Shown: positions 20,772-30,820, counted from the first letter of the stretch. The stretch: 64,000 nt of DNA from Candidatus Poribacteria bacterium (GCA_022394755.1 JAGFCA010000005.1:94313-158312); one strand, 5' to 3'. Notes: generated by a model not told the origin, from the letters alone. Translations and numbers: made by a program.

Positions 20772-22649
20772 TCACTGAGTTCCGTTAATTACCTTGTTCT
20801 CAACTTCATCAATTATTTTGAGCATTTCTTCTGGGTTGACGAATTTTTCAATCCGTTCTAATACTTCTCCTGAAGAATTCAGGAATAAAACAACAGGTAA
20901 ACCGCGGATTTTATATTTCTCGGTTAATACCTTGTCTGATTCTACGCTAAAGTCCAGTTTGACAGTGGTATAGTTTTTTAATCGGTCAACCACCTCTTGA
21001 TTGGAAAATGTTTTATGATCTAATTCATTACATGCCCCACACCAAGTTGCGTAGAAATCAAGCATTACCAGTTTGTTTTCCTGTTTGGCATTTGTTAATG
21101 CAGCAGGCTCATCATATTCCCAATTCAAATGTGGACCAGCTGCCGGTTGTTGAATTCCACCCAAGATCATATAAGCACCCAAAATAGCGAGCGCTAAACC
21201 AAATGTTTTTTGAACTCGTACCTTTGAAGAAATGCCACTATACCGTTCTTTCAACTTTCCTAACCATAGTCCAATCAAGACAAGTGCACCAGCAAAAGCA
21301 AAAAACGGGTATGAATTCTGAAGAAAACTCTTTAATCCTGAAAATATCTCCACATCCTTAAGAAAATAGAGTGCCATTGTAATTATTGCAATACCAAAGA
21401 TATTTTCTAATACATACATCCATCCGCCAGAACGGGGCAAGGAGGAAATCAAACCAGAGAACGTACCGATACAGATAAAAAGTAATCCCATACCAAGAGC
21501 ATAGGTAAACATAAGCCAAAAACCGATTAAGACACTTTGAGTAGTTGCAATATAGGCTAATACTGCTGCCAGCGCGGGACCTGTACAAGGTGCTGCGATC
21601 ACACCCGCCACTGTTCCCATACCGAAGGCACCGACGAATCCTGTACCACCTACTGTATTGAGTTTATTTTGTACTGAACTTGGTAGTCTAATTTCAAATA
21701 CACCAAACATGGATAATCCTAATGAAAAAAGTATTACACTTATAAAACCAATTACCCAAGGGTTTGCCATTATCTGACCAAATACCGCACCAGTTGATGC
21801 TACAGCAACTCCTAAAATTGAATACGTCAATACAATACCAAAAACATATACCAATGAAAGTAAAAATGATTTGAAGACACCTGTTGATTCGTTTGCCCCA
21901 AAAACTGATACCGTAATGGGAATTAACGGATATACACAAGGTGTTAGACTTGTAACAATTCCACCAGCAAAAACAAGAAGAAATGCCAACCATAACTTAC
22001 CACCTGATAATGCACCAGCGATTCCACCTTTGTTCTCATTATTGGTCGGTTTGTTTACTGAGACTGTCCCAAATTCAATTCCTGTAAAAATTTCCTGATT
22101 CACCCGTTGTATAATTTCTTCAGTACTGACAATGTCCATCGAAATAGAAATGTTTTGTTTTTCAGGTAATAAACATTGTTCTTCACTACAAGCTTGATAA
22201 CCTAACTCAAGGTTCAAGGTTATCGGCTCAATTGCAGCACTATTGTTTAATGTTGCTGGTATTCCTATTGTGATTTTATCGTGATAGACAGATGCTGTAC
22301 CAATAGATGCTATATCCAGTGTATCTCCTTTTGGATATACAATCTCTCCAAATGTCAAGTTAGGTATATTTGGAAGCACTAATTCGGTAGGAAAAAGTCC
22401 CTCTCGAGTAGGATTTGCGTTGATATGCCATCCTTTAGTGATATCAACCACAATTGCTATTTGAAATTGACTTCCCGGCTGGACTTTGTCTAAGGAGATA
22501 AAGCCTTCGGCACTTATTTTATCAACAACTTCATTATCAGGAAGACCAAAATCTGGAAACTGAGCGGGTGAAATAAATGGTAAAAATACTATAAGAAGAA
22601 ATGTGAGGATTGTTAAATATGGAATCTTAATCTTGATTTTATTTTGCAT
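20772..22649 (-). CDS. dsbD: Thiol:disulfide interchange protein DsbD (N-terminal periplasmic domain, TM core, C-terminal thioredoxin)
   Basis: Signal peptide, polytopic core with a conserved Cys (LTPCVYPLIP), and a C-terminal thioredoxin fold with WCGAC. 625 aa. Confidence 0.8.
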   Translation of the reverse strand: MQNKIKIKIPYLTILTFLLIVFLPFISPAQFPDFGLPDNEVVDKISAEGFISLDKVQPGSQFQIAIVVDITKGWHINANPTREGLFPTELVLPNIPNLTFGEIVYPKGDTLDIASIGTASVYHDKITIGIPATLNNSAAIEPITLNLELGYQACSEEQCLLPEKQNISISMDIVSTEEIIQRVNQEIFTGIEFGTVSVNKPTNNENKGGIAGALSGGKLWLAFLLVFAGGIVTSLTPCVYPLIPITVSVFGANESTGVFKSFLLSLVYVFGIVLTYSILGVAVASTGAVFGQIMANPWVIGFISVILFSLGLSMFGVFEIRLPSSVQNKLNTVGGTGFVGAFGMGTVAGVIAAPCTGPALAAVLAYIATTQSVLIGFWLMFTYALGMGLLFICIGTFSGLISSLPRSGGWMYVLENIFGIAIITMALYFLKDVEIFSGLKSFLQNSYPFFAFAGALVLIGLWLGKLKERYSGISSKVRVQKTFGLALAILGAYMILGGIQQPAAGPHLNWEYDEPAALTNAKQENKLVMLDFYATWCGACNELDHKTFSNQEVVDRLKNYTTVKLDFSVESDKVLTEKYKIRGLPVVLFLNSSGEVLERIEKFVNPEEMLKIIDEVENKVINGTQ

Positions 22650-22730
22650 CAGTCAGTTCTCCTAAGAGAATGGAATTTACTACAGAAGACTATTATATTC
22701 GCGGATATTACCGTTTTCTATTAAAGTAAT

Positions 22731-24359
22731 TTATCGGGGTTCAAGCACTATACATGGCAGAATCATTTCTTCAAATGAGATACCTCCATGTTGGAAACTA
22801 CCCTGAAATACATCATTGTAGTTGGTCGAATGCCTATCGTAGACAAAATAATAATCTTCAAGTGCAAGGATATAATTCTTGTCATTATCATTTGAAGGCA
22901 AACGATATTTTTCAGGTTCTTTTATAATAAAACTTGCGTCTTGGTTATAAATGATATTCTTGCCTTCTTTAACTCGTAGTCCACTGGAAAGTTCATGTTG
23001 ACTTGAGACCTTCGCAGCATTGTTGCATTTTACCGACCCATGGTCAGATGTAAGTATCACGGTAATACCTCTGTCTGCTGCAAGCTGTATGATATTATAT
23101 AATCTTGAGTTCTTAAACCACGTTTGTGCAACTCCTCGGAAGGCTTTTTCATCTGGAATCAGTTGTTGAAGAACAGATTCATCAGGATACATATGGGTTA
23201 ACATATCAATAAAATCAACAACAACTGCAGCCAAAGTTATACGTTTTGTCTCAGAAAACCATTGTAAATACTGAATCTCACCGCGTTCATCAAAAATCTT
23301 AAAGTAATGAGGTGTTGGTTTAAGAGCAATCCCGTAACGTTCAAGTTGTAAGAGCATCAAATCTTTTTCATATCTATTGATGCTGGTATGTCCAACCTCT
23401 GGTTCTGCATATAGTTCAGGGTAACGATCTGATAAATCTCTTGGAAAAAGACCGCTAAAAATCGCATTCCTTGCATAACCCGTTGTCGTAGGTAATATAG
23501 AAAAATAATAATGTCTTGATACCTGGAAATCATTATATAATAGGGGTTCAATTTTAAGCCAATGGTCCATCCTTAAGCAATCTATAATTACAAATAATAC
23601 AGATTTACCAATTTGTATTTCAGGAATAACAAATTTATCAAGTAGATCTACCGAGAGTGTTGGAGATTTGTCACCTTCTAACCATGAACTATATGATTCC
23701 TTAATGTAATTTGTAAATGCTAAATTAGCTTCTCGCTTTTCTATAGCATGTATTTCTTCAAGTTCGTCTGTCTTCTTAATATCTTCAAATCTAATATCCC
23801 ATTCAAGCAGATTGATATAGGTATCTATCCAAGTTTGCCATTCATTGGCTTGAGTCGTATCAGAGGTTACTTTACTTAGCTGTGGCTCTTGTGTAGAAAA
23901 TGTATTGTGTTGATGAAATTCCTCCACGTATGCTTGAGGAATATATTCGTTAAGAATTACATTTCTTTCCAGTAAAAGAGTAAGAGATGTAACTAATTGC
24001 CTTGGGTTCGTCGGCATAATTAAAACATCACTTACATTAAAAAGGTTGACATACTCCATTAATTCTTGATTTGCAGATTCTGAAAGTATTAATATGGGGA
24101 TATGTCGATCCAATTTACGTATTTGGGTTAAAAAATCTCGAATTTCATCTGTGTCATTATTGCTCAGTAATAGACAGTGAAAATTCCATTCTCTAAGTAA
24201 ATCTATCCCTTCCTCAGGATTTTCCGAAAAAGACACATCATAATTATTATACTCTAAGAATCGGATATAAGGTTTTAATTCAGATTTTAACAACGGGTTT
24301 GAAGTAAACGCTTTTAATGTTCCATCAATCCACAGAATCCTCCCTTTTATGTCTTTCAT
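22731..24359 (-). CDS. PorX-like response regulator: CheY-like receiver fused to a PglZ (alkaline-phosphatase superfamily) domain
   Basis: N-terminal receiver-like fold (RILWIDGT...ILILSE...VLIMPTN). C-terminal alkaline-phosphatase core motifs VIIDCLRMDHW and LTSDHGSV. 542 aa. Confidence 0.6.
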   Translation of the reverse strand: MKDIKGRILWIDGTLKAFTSNPLLKSELKPYIRFLEYNNYDVSFSENPEEGIDLLREWNFHCLLLSNNDTDEIRDFLTQIRKLDRHIPILILSESANQELMEYVNLFNVSDVLIMPTNPRQLVTSLTLLLERNVILNEYIPQAYVEEFHQHNTFSTQEPQLSKVTSDTTQANEWQTWIDTYINLLEWDIRFEDIKKTDELEEIHAIEKREANLAFTNYIKESYSSWLEGDKSPTLSVDLLDKFVIPEIQIGKSVLFVIIDCLRMDHWLKIEPLLYNDFQVSRHYYFSILPTTTGYARNAIFSGLFPRDLSDRYPELYAEPEVGHTSINRYEKDLMLLQLERYGIALKPTPHYFKIFDERGEIQYLQWFSETKRITLAAVVVDFIDMLTHMYPDESVLQQLIPDEKAFRGVAQTWFKNSRLYNIIQLAADRGITVILTSDHGSVKCNNAAKVSSQHELSSGLRVKEGKNIIYNQDASFIIKEPEKYRLPSNDNDKNYILALEDYYFVYDRHSTNYNDVFQGSFQHGGISFEEMILPCIVLEPR

Positions 24360-24465
24360 ATGTTCCCTTCCTTATGAGTTAAACCCTGATTGATGAAATG
24401 ATTACAATCGGGTAGTTATGAAAATTAGAGAACTATAACAAAAACAGGGAATATACTGAATTTAT

Positions 24466-25830
24466 CTATATTGCTGAAACAAAACGGCCTGGATTCAATA
24501 TATTACCCCCATCAAATTTTGCTTTGATCTGTTTCATTAATAATATTGTCCTATCAATTGAACCCCAAACATCTATCTGTTGTTTTAATTCTGGTGGGGC
24601 ATCTTCAATTATAAGATTTCCATGCGCTTCAACCACATCTTCTCGTAGTTGATTAAGTGTTTGAGAAAGTGAATCCACATCATAACCAGATATTTTGTTG
24701 ATTCTAAGGTATAATACCCCATTACTGACAATCACCATAATATCGTCGGTAATATCCAATACCTTCACCGCAAATTCTGCAATGTCGGTCCGTTTTAAAT
24801 TTAGTTTCACCAAGACAGTATCAGAGTTGGGATTAACTGCTGCAAATTCTTGAATTAACTTTTGGACGTCAGTTTGACTTTCTCCATCAATTGTATGCAC
24901 ACCTAATGAACTGTTTTGTTCCATCAGTGTTTGTGTAGAATCCAGCTGCCAAGACACTGCTTCAGGATCTCCTCCAAAGCCAATAAGTAATGTAGGCTTG
25001 CTATCTGTTATGTCTTGACATGTGAACCTTGAGCAAAGGTTCACATAAAGGGGTTGAATCTGTGAACTGGCGACCATTAAACCTGAGGTGATAGCATCTT
25101 GTATGTTTTCAAATTGAGAAATCATTACTGCGGATTTGGTTGGCAAAGGTGCTAATTTTAAAGTGACTTCAGTGATTATACCAAGGGTTCCAAAAGCTCC
25201 AATATAGAGTTTATTAATGTCGTACCCAGCAACATTTTTAACTACTTTTCCACCACTTTTAACCACAGTACCAGTAGGATTCATTACTTTCAAACCCAAA
25301 ACTAAATTTCTGGCTGTTCCATATTGATGTCTTAACGGTCCACTTGAGTTTGACGATACTATACCACCTATAGTACATCTATCTCCGTAGGGTGGATCTA
25401 ATGGGAGAAATTGATTATGTTCTGATAAGACTGTTTGAAGGTCAGTTAAACGAATACCTGCCTCCACTGTTACAGTCAAATCGGCAGGTTCATATTCTAA
25501 CACCTTGTTAAGTCGGTTTGTTGAAACTACTAAATCAGTTTTTTCTGCTAAGTTGCCGATTCCCAGTTTCGTTCCAGAACCAGTTGGTATTATAGACAGT
25601 TTGTTTTCTGTGGCATAACGTACAATACGCTGCAATTCTTGAATAGAGGAAGGTATCACACCTTCATCAGGCGTAATTCCATCATAAGAATATGATGAAA
25701 TGTCTTCCTCAGTCATAAGAGAATCATGTCTAATGATTTCTCGTAACTTACTGTCTATTTTTTCTATAGATGCCATATCACACTTTCCATATATAAAATT
25801 TGCTAAGTTTAGTACAACCAGTGAGTTCAT
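24466..25830 (-). CDS. FAD-linked oxidase (PCMH-type FAD-binding domain; GlcD/D-lactate dehydrogenase/alkyl-DHAP-synthase family)
   Basis: FAD-binding segment ...IIPTGSGTKLGIGN... plus a C-terminal FAD-oxidase domain. 454 aa. The start could be the internal ATG (MASIEKID). Confidence 0.7.
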   Translation of the reverse strand: MNSLVVLNLANFIYGKCDMASIEKIDSKLREIIRHDSLMTEEDISSYSYDGITPDEGVIPSSIQELQRIVRYATENKLSIIPTGSGTKLGIGNLAEKTDLVVSTNRLNKVLEYEPADLTVTVEAGIRLTDLQTVLSEHNQFLPLDPPYGDRCTIGGIVSSNSSGPLRHQYGTARNLVLGLKVMNPTGTVVKSGGKVVKNVAGYDINKLYIGAFGTLGIITEVTLKLAPLPTKSAVMISQFENIQDAITSGLMVASSQIQPLYVNLCSRFTCQDITDSKPTLLIGFGGDPEAVSWQLDSTQTLMEQNSSLGVHTIDGESQTDVQKLIQEFAAVNPNSDTVLVKLNLKRTDIAEFAVKVLDITDDIMVIVSNGVLYLRINKISGYDVDSLSQTLNQLREDVVEAHGNLIIEDAPPELKQQIDVWGSIDRTILLMKQIKAKFDGGNILNPGRFVSAI

Positions 25831-25835
25831 ATAGA

Positions 25836-27284
25836 TTATTCGTTATCTTTATCAGAATAGTCGATCGTCCATTTGCCTTCACCACCCCCTGTCAGTGCAT
25901 CTTGCCATAAGGCGATGCATTTCTCTGGAGCATTATGTTCTAATAAATATGCCATAAATAATTGATGTAATTCAGTTAATAAAGACACATTATCTTCTGC
26001 TATATTATTAGCTGCCAGTGGATCTATACTAAGATCAAATAACTCAGGGTTACCAAGAGATCAGACTGGTGCATATCCCCATCGCTCTGTGACAAGAAAT
26101 GGTGTTACTGCTCGATTTGGGACAATGTTGTTTTGTGAATTAATATGAGTTGCTGTGATTGCATACTCTCTATGTTGTGTATCACCGTTAAGAAGTGAAT
26201 TCGCAAATGACCGTCCTTCAAAAGGTTTAGGTGGTTCAAGAGAGACCTGTGCTAAATCACATAATGTGGGTAGAATATCAACAGGTTGTCCGATAAGTTA
26301 AAGACTTTGTCCTTGTGGAATTTCACCACCAGCGATTAAAAACATCTCATGATTAATTTCTGGATAGGTAGGCCAAAACCGAGGGTCATCCGGATCTATA
26401 TTTGATTTACCTGTTTTCCCATGTTCACCAATAGACATTCCATGGTCAGACATGACAACTACAATAGATTCATCCCATAATTCAAGATCTTCAATTTTTT
26501 CAATAATTCGTCCAATATGACGATCAACCATTTCGGATTCACCAGCATAATGTGCCCATAGATTATGTAATTCTTCTTCACTATACAGTGATGAACGTCC
26601 ATAGTTAGGGTGGATCATCGGTGGTCCTGAATATGTTGGATCATATCTCTTAACGATATATTCTGGTGGATCCCATGGTTCATGTGGATCAAAGAAATCT
26701 ACCCATAAAAAGAATGGTCCTGAATCGGAGTTTTCCTCAAGAAATCTTATAGCACTTTGAGATGTTCTTGCTGAGAACGTCTCTGACTCATATTGGTAAT
26801 ACCGGTTCGTCCAACGATGGGTATTGGCTAACGTATGACCACGGAAGGAAGGATTCGGTCGTGTCTTTTCATCCGGCATTACTCTCTCAATCTCATCATT
26901 AAGATGTAGTAACGGTTTATCACCTTCTTGACCACGATGTTGGAATGCCGCATGAAATCCTTGTTGAAAACGGGCATTAAACAGATGTGGACAATCGCAG
27001 ATTAACTGTGTTGCATACCCTTTACCCGCCAACAGTTTCGCAACATGGTTCGGACCACTTTGATCAATCGGCTGCCACGGATAGTGTGGCCACCCGACAG
27101 TACTCGTCGCAACATCAGTTCTATGAGGAATAGTTGGGAAACTATTCATATAGAATTTTTCTATGGCTGTTGCACGGTTAGCAGCAAAATTATCGAGCAT
27201 GGGTGTCCGTATAGGTCTTGTTGCCCTTTCACCCAAATTGTCATAACGGAATGTATCGGTAATTAGGAGAATTATATTTTTCAT
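25836..27284 (-). pseudogene. Sulfatase-like (alkaline phosphatase superfamily) gene interrupted by two in-frame stop codons
   Basis: The N-terminal 328-aa ORF (26298-27284) ends at TAA (26298-26300). The same frame continues as ...LIGQPVDILPTLCDLAQVSLEPP... (sulfatase 'DI.PTLLDLAG' region) to a TGA at 26061-26063, then ...NPELFDLSIDPLAANNIAED... (sulfatase C-terminal 'ELYDL..DP.E..NLA') to the final TAA at 25836-25838. There are no frameshifts. The N-terminus lacks the canonical C/S-x-P-x-R motif. Confidence 0.6.
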
Positions 27285-27332
27285 GTTGTGAGGTGTCCTT
27301 AGGATCTAATTATATGTATATCTATATCGTGA

Positions 27333-28259
27333 TTATACTTCTTGAGGCGTTGTTTTTATTAACAATATTGTTATAAGCAGTAATGGCACAATGATCAATA
27401 ATGTCGACTGTATTGAGATGGTTGTTCCAATGAAACATGGGAAAAATAGAATTGAACCAAACATTGACCCTTGTAAAGCAAAATACCCATTTTTCTCTTT
27501 AGGTTGTACATAGAGAGGAATACGTGTAACAATAGCTGCAATAACTCCCAATATACCAAAGATTATATAGGACTGAATATTAACAGAATCCTCCGTCCAA
27601 AAAGGGAGCAGTACGATAAAAAAAGATAAGAATGTAGCAACTGCAGATAATATTAATGACGGTCGTATTCCAAGTTGTTGAGGTGTAGTAACTATTCCTA
27701 CTTTTGAATCGCGGGTTATATCCTTGAAAGTCGTTGTGATATGTGTTCCTAAATCGTAGAGAGTAATTGCTCCAAAAGCATACCATACTAATCGGGGAAC
27801 ATGACCACTCACAACCAACGCCCCAAAAATACTTAGTAAACCTATTCCTACTGGCAATGTAAGACTGCCTAATATCCCACGTGCCTTAAAAATTGCATTA
27901 TACAAGTGTGATATTGCAACCAATCCTATTACCAATAGACCTGCTTTTATATTTAATAGAAACCCACAGATGACACAGAGGGAATAGATAATACTTGCAG
28001 GAATTATTGCTTGTTTTGGTGTCAATCGTTGTGATGGTAACGGACGATCAGGATTCGTTATAGCATCAGTTTCTTTGTGGAAATAGTCGTTCTTGATCAT
28101 TCCAGCAAAGTAGCCGAACATGGCAATTACTACTGCTGCTATAACTCGCCATGATAGGTTTCCTTCACTTGCAATTAAGGCACCTGGTAGTGTCGCCACA
28201 ATAGGAATTGCAAATAGTGGATAACGGATTAATTCGAGATATGCTTTGACAGTTTTCAT
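27333..28259 (-). CDS. UbiA-family aromatic/isoprenoid prenyltransferase
   Basis: Polytopic membrane protein with a first Asp-rich motif NDYFHKETDAITNPDRPLP and a second motif KDITRDSKVGIVTTP. 308 aa. Confidence 0.75.
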   Translation of the reverse strand: MKTVKAYLELIRYPLFAIPIVATLPGALIASEGNLSWRVIAAVVIAMFGYFAGMIKNDYFHKETDAITNPDRPLPSQRLTPKQAIIPASIIYSLCVICGFLLNIKAGLLVIGLVAISHLYNAIFKARGILGSLTLPVGIGLLSIFGALVVSGHVPRLVWYAFGAITLYDLGTHITTTFKDITRDSKVGIVTTPQQLGIRPSLILSAVATFLSFFIVLLPFWTEDSVNIQSYIIFGILGVIAAIVTRIPLYVQPKEKNGYFALQGSMFGSILFFPCFIGTTISIQSTLLIIVPLLLITILLIKTTPQEV

Positions 28260-28262
28260 TGT

Positions 28263-29318
28263 CTAAAATTTGTCTCGAGGAAGTCCCGCTTCTGAGACAG
28301 GAGTAGATCTTGGATCGAATACTTCCTCAACACTATAGAATTGATCACTTTGCGTCCCTATTCCCAGTTCCGTTACATTCGGTCCAACCTGTTTATTACC
28401 ACTGATATAATTGTCTCTTAATCTGCCCCCATCATAAACTGCCCATCCGTTGTTAAGTGTAATATTATTTGATACAATTTCAGGAGATGAGGTAGAATAA
28501 CAGATGATTGCATATTCATAGTTTGAACGGATATTGTTATGATGGATTCTTGGTCTGGAATCATCTTCACAGACTATTCCGTAGCGATTGGCAGCAAATT
28601 CGTTGAATTCCACTTCAGGTGCTGATGACCCACGAAATTGTGCACCACTCCCATTTCTGTTAAACTCGTTTGATGAGATTGTTGGATTGGTGTTTTCACA
28701 GAGAACCCCTATATTGTTTTCACTAAATAGACATCTTTCTATTTGGACTGTGTCTGTTTTACATAATATTGCATTCTTTGCATGTTGTATACGGCAATAA
28801 GTTAATCTACTGTTTAGACTTTGGGTTTCAATTGTTATCCCTCGCCAATCACCCGCCTTTGGTGGGGATGCTATAGATTTCCGTGTTGTAGAAGTCTGGG
28901 AATTCTGAATATTATTATTGAATGAATTCTGAATATTAATATTGGTTGTTGGTGTCTCTTCCGTCCTGACATCCTGAGGAGTTTGCTGCTTACCTAAAGA
29001 ACCGAAAACAATCATATTGTCTGGTGACCCTTCAGCATAGAACTCACCATAGACTATTATTTCACTCGGTTCATCTTTTGGTTCAAAGCCTACTATCGTT
29101 CCTGAACGGATTGTAAGTGTGATATCTGCTGGAACAATTACGCTACCGGTAATATATATTCGTCCATCCCATACTTCATCTTGTGTCAATTCACCAGATT
29201 TCTCTATAATTCCATTGGTTGATCCGTTATTATTGGCATTGAAGATTCCACCTTGGCAACCAAGATAAAATAGGGCTGTAAATAAGAGGATGATTATTCT
29301 TAAAAATGGTTTATTCAT
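28263..29318 (-). CDS. Secreted lipoprotein with right-handed parallel beta-helix repeats
   Basis: Signal peptide with lipobox (YLGCQGG). Repeated ~22-aa N/G-rich beta-helix rungs (NNITLNNGWAVY..., FNRNGSGAQF...). 351 aa. Confidence 0.55.
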   Translation of the reverse strand: MNKPFLRIIILLFTALFYLGCQGGIFNANNNGSTNGIIEKSGELTQDEVWDGRIYITGSVIVPADITLTIRSGTIVGFEPKDEPSEIIVYGEFYAEGSPDNMIVFGSLGKQQTPQDVRTEETPTTNINIQNSFNNNIQNSQTSTTRKSIASPPKAGDWRGITIETQSLNSRLTYCRIQHAKNAILCKTDTVQIERCLFSENNIGVLCENTNPTISSNEFNRNGSGAQFRGSSAPEVEFNEFAANRYGIVCEDDSRPRIHHNNIRSNYEYAIICYSTSSPEIVSNNITLNNGWAVYDGGRLRDNYISGNKQVGPNVTELGIGTQSDQFYSVEEVFDPRSTPVSEAGLPRDKF

Positions 29319-29340
29319 ATCATGTTTTTACCACAGAAAA

Positions 29341-29394
29341 CAGTCTCTGTCAAGTCCAAAAAAACTTGACAGAGACTGTAATTCTTGCTATAAT
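29341..29394. promoter_or_regulatory. Divergent promoter region: 14-bp perfect inverted repeat (CAGTCTCTGTCAAG / CTTGACAGAGACTG) with a consensus sigma70 promoter for ffh embedded
   Basis: On the + strand, TTGACA at 29366-29371, a 17-nt spacer, then TATAAT at 29389-29394. The left arm of the palindrome supplies a second TTGACA on the - strand, 17 nt from TAAAAA, just upstream of the beta-helix lipoprotein ATG. Confidence 0.5.
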
Positions 29395-29431
29395 ACTTTA
29401 ATTAATCCACGCAGTTAAAGGACTCATTGAC

Positions 29432-30820
29432 ATGTTTGAGAGCTTAAGCGATCGATTACAAAACACCTTTAAAAAAATAAAGGGACAGGGTAAATTAACT
29501 GAGAATAATATCTCAGATTCTTTACGTGATGTTCGCCGCGCTTTCTTAGAAGCTGATGTCAACTACAAAGTAACACGAGACTTTATTGAGAGTATTAAAG
29601 AAAGAGCTCTCGGTCAAGAGGTAATGGGGAGTCTTACCCCAGAGCTCCAAATAGCGAAAGTCATTAAGGAAGAATTGACCTCTTTAATGGGTGTGGAATC
29701 AGAGAAGATTCAGACTGCATCAAATGGTCCTACGATAGTCATGCTATCTGGTCTACAAGGGGCTGGCAAAACAACTGTAGCAGCAAAATTAGCACTCAAA
29801 TTTCGTAAAGATGGAAGAAATCCAATGCTCGTTGCAGCAGATGTATACAGACCTGCTGCTATAAAACAGCTTGAACTGCTTGGAGAACAGATTGATACAC
29901 CTGTTTTTTCGAGAGGAACTGATGTTTCACCTGTTGAAATTGCCAAGGATGCACTTAAAGATGCTATGTCACGGGGAAATGACTTTATTATTATTGATAC
30001 AGCAGGTCGTCTCCATATTGATGACACTCTTATGGGAGAACTTCGGTCAATCAAAGATGCAGTTAATCCAACTGAAATATTACTTGTCGTTGATGCTATG
30101 ACAGGTCAAGATGCTGTGAATGTTGCTGAGAATTTTAACTCTGACTTGGATATAGATGGTGTAATTCTTACAAAGATGGATGGGGACGCTCGAGGGGGTG
30201 CCGCTCTTTCTATTCGTTCAGTTACAGAAAAACCTATAAAATACATTGGGGTTGGAGAAAAAATAGAGGCATCTGCACTTGAAGAATTTCACCCTGAAAG
30301 AATGGCTTCTCGTATTATTGGACAGGGTGATGTTCAAACTTTGATGGAGAGAGCTGAAGCGGTCTTCAATGAAGATCAAGCTAAAGAATTAGAACGGAAA
30401 CTTACTGAGAAAAAGGGGTTAAATTTTAACGATTTTCTTACACAACTTGAACAAATAAAGAATATGGGACCCCTTGACCAATTATTAGATCTTGTGCCTT
30501 TCAAAAATCAATTACCTGTAAAAGATTTAAAACCTGATGAAGACCATCTGAAATATGCAAAAGCAATGATTCAATCCATGACACCTGCAGAACGAGATAA
30601 CCCGCAGCTATTGGATCGTAGCCGAAAAGCACGCATATCAAGAGGGAGTGGTACAACTGTAAATCAAGTGAATCAATTGCTTTCTCAACTCAAAATGATG
30701 AATACCATGTTGAACCAACAAGGTTCAATGGGTATGCCACAGATGGGACAGAAAATCGGGTTGGGTTCACGAATACAGAAAAAATCAAGAAAACCACGAA
30801 AACGAAGAAGACGTAAATAA
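29432..30820 (+). CDS. ffh: Signal recognition particle protein Ffh
   Basis: GTPase motifs GLQGAGKTT, DTAGR and TKMDGD. C-terminal M-domain with a basic tail. 462 aa. Confidence 0.95.
   Translation: MFESLSDRLQNTFKKIKGQGKLTENNISDSLRDVRRAFLEADVNYKVTRDFIESIKERALGQEVMGSLTPELQIAKVIKEELTSLMGVESEKIQTASNGPTIVMLSGLQGAGKTTVAAKLALKFRKDGRNPMLVAADVYRPAAIKQLELLGEQIDTPVFSRGTDVSPVEIAKDALKDAMSRGNDFIIIDTAGRLHIDDTLMGELRSIKDAVNPTEILLVVDAMTGQDAVNVAENFNSDLDIDGVILTKMDGDARGGAALSIRSVTEKPIKYIGVGEKIEASALEEFHPERMASRIIGQGDVQTLMERAEAVFNEDQAKELERKLTEKKGLNFNDFLTQLEQIKNMGPLDQLLDLVPFKNQLPVKDLKPDEDHLKYAKAMIQSMTPAERDNPQLLDRSRKARISRGSGTTVNQVNQLLSQLKMMNTMLNQQGSMGMPQMGQKIGLGSRIQKKSRKPRKRRRRK

Noticed and set aside
22731-24359. 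Interpreting the PglZ-domain gene as part of a BREX phage-defence system
   Set aside because: The PglZ domain is fused to a receiver domain (PorX architecture). No PglX, BrxC or BrxL-like genes flank it.
25836-27284. Stop-codon reassignment or programmed readthrough as the explanation for the in-frame TAA and TGA in the sulfatase-like gene
   Set aside because: Dozens of neighbouring genes end exactly where homologs should, on TAA or TGA. For example ffh, rpsP and cydA end on TAA, and the DUF3311 gene uses a TGA overlapping the next ATG. A global recoding is therefore implausible. A pseudogene or sequencing error is more parsimonious, though not proven.
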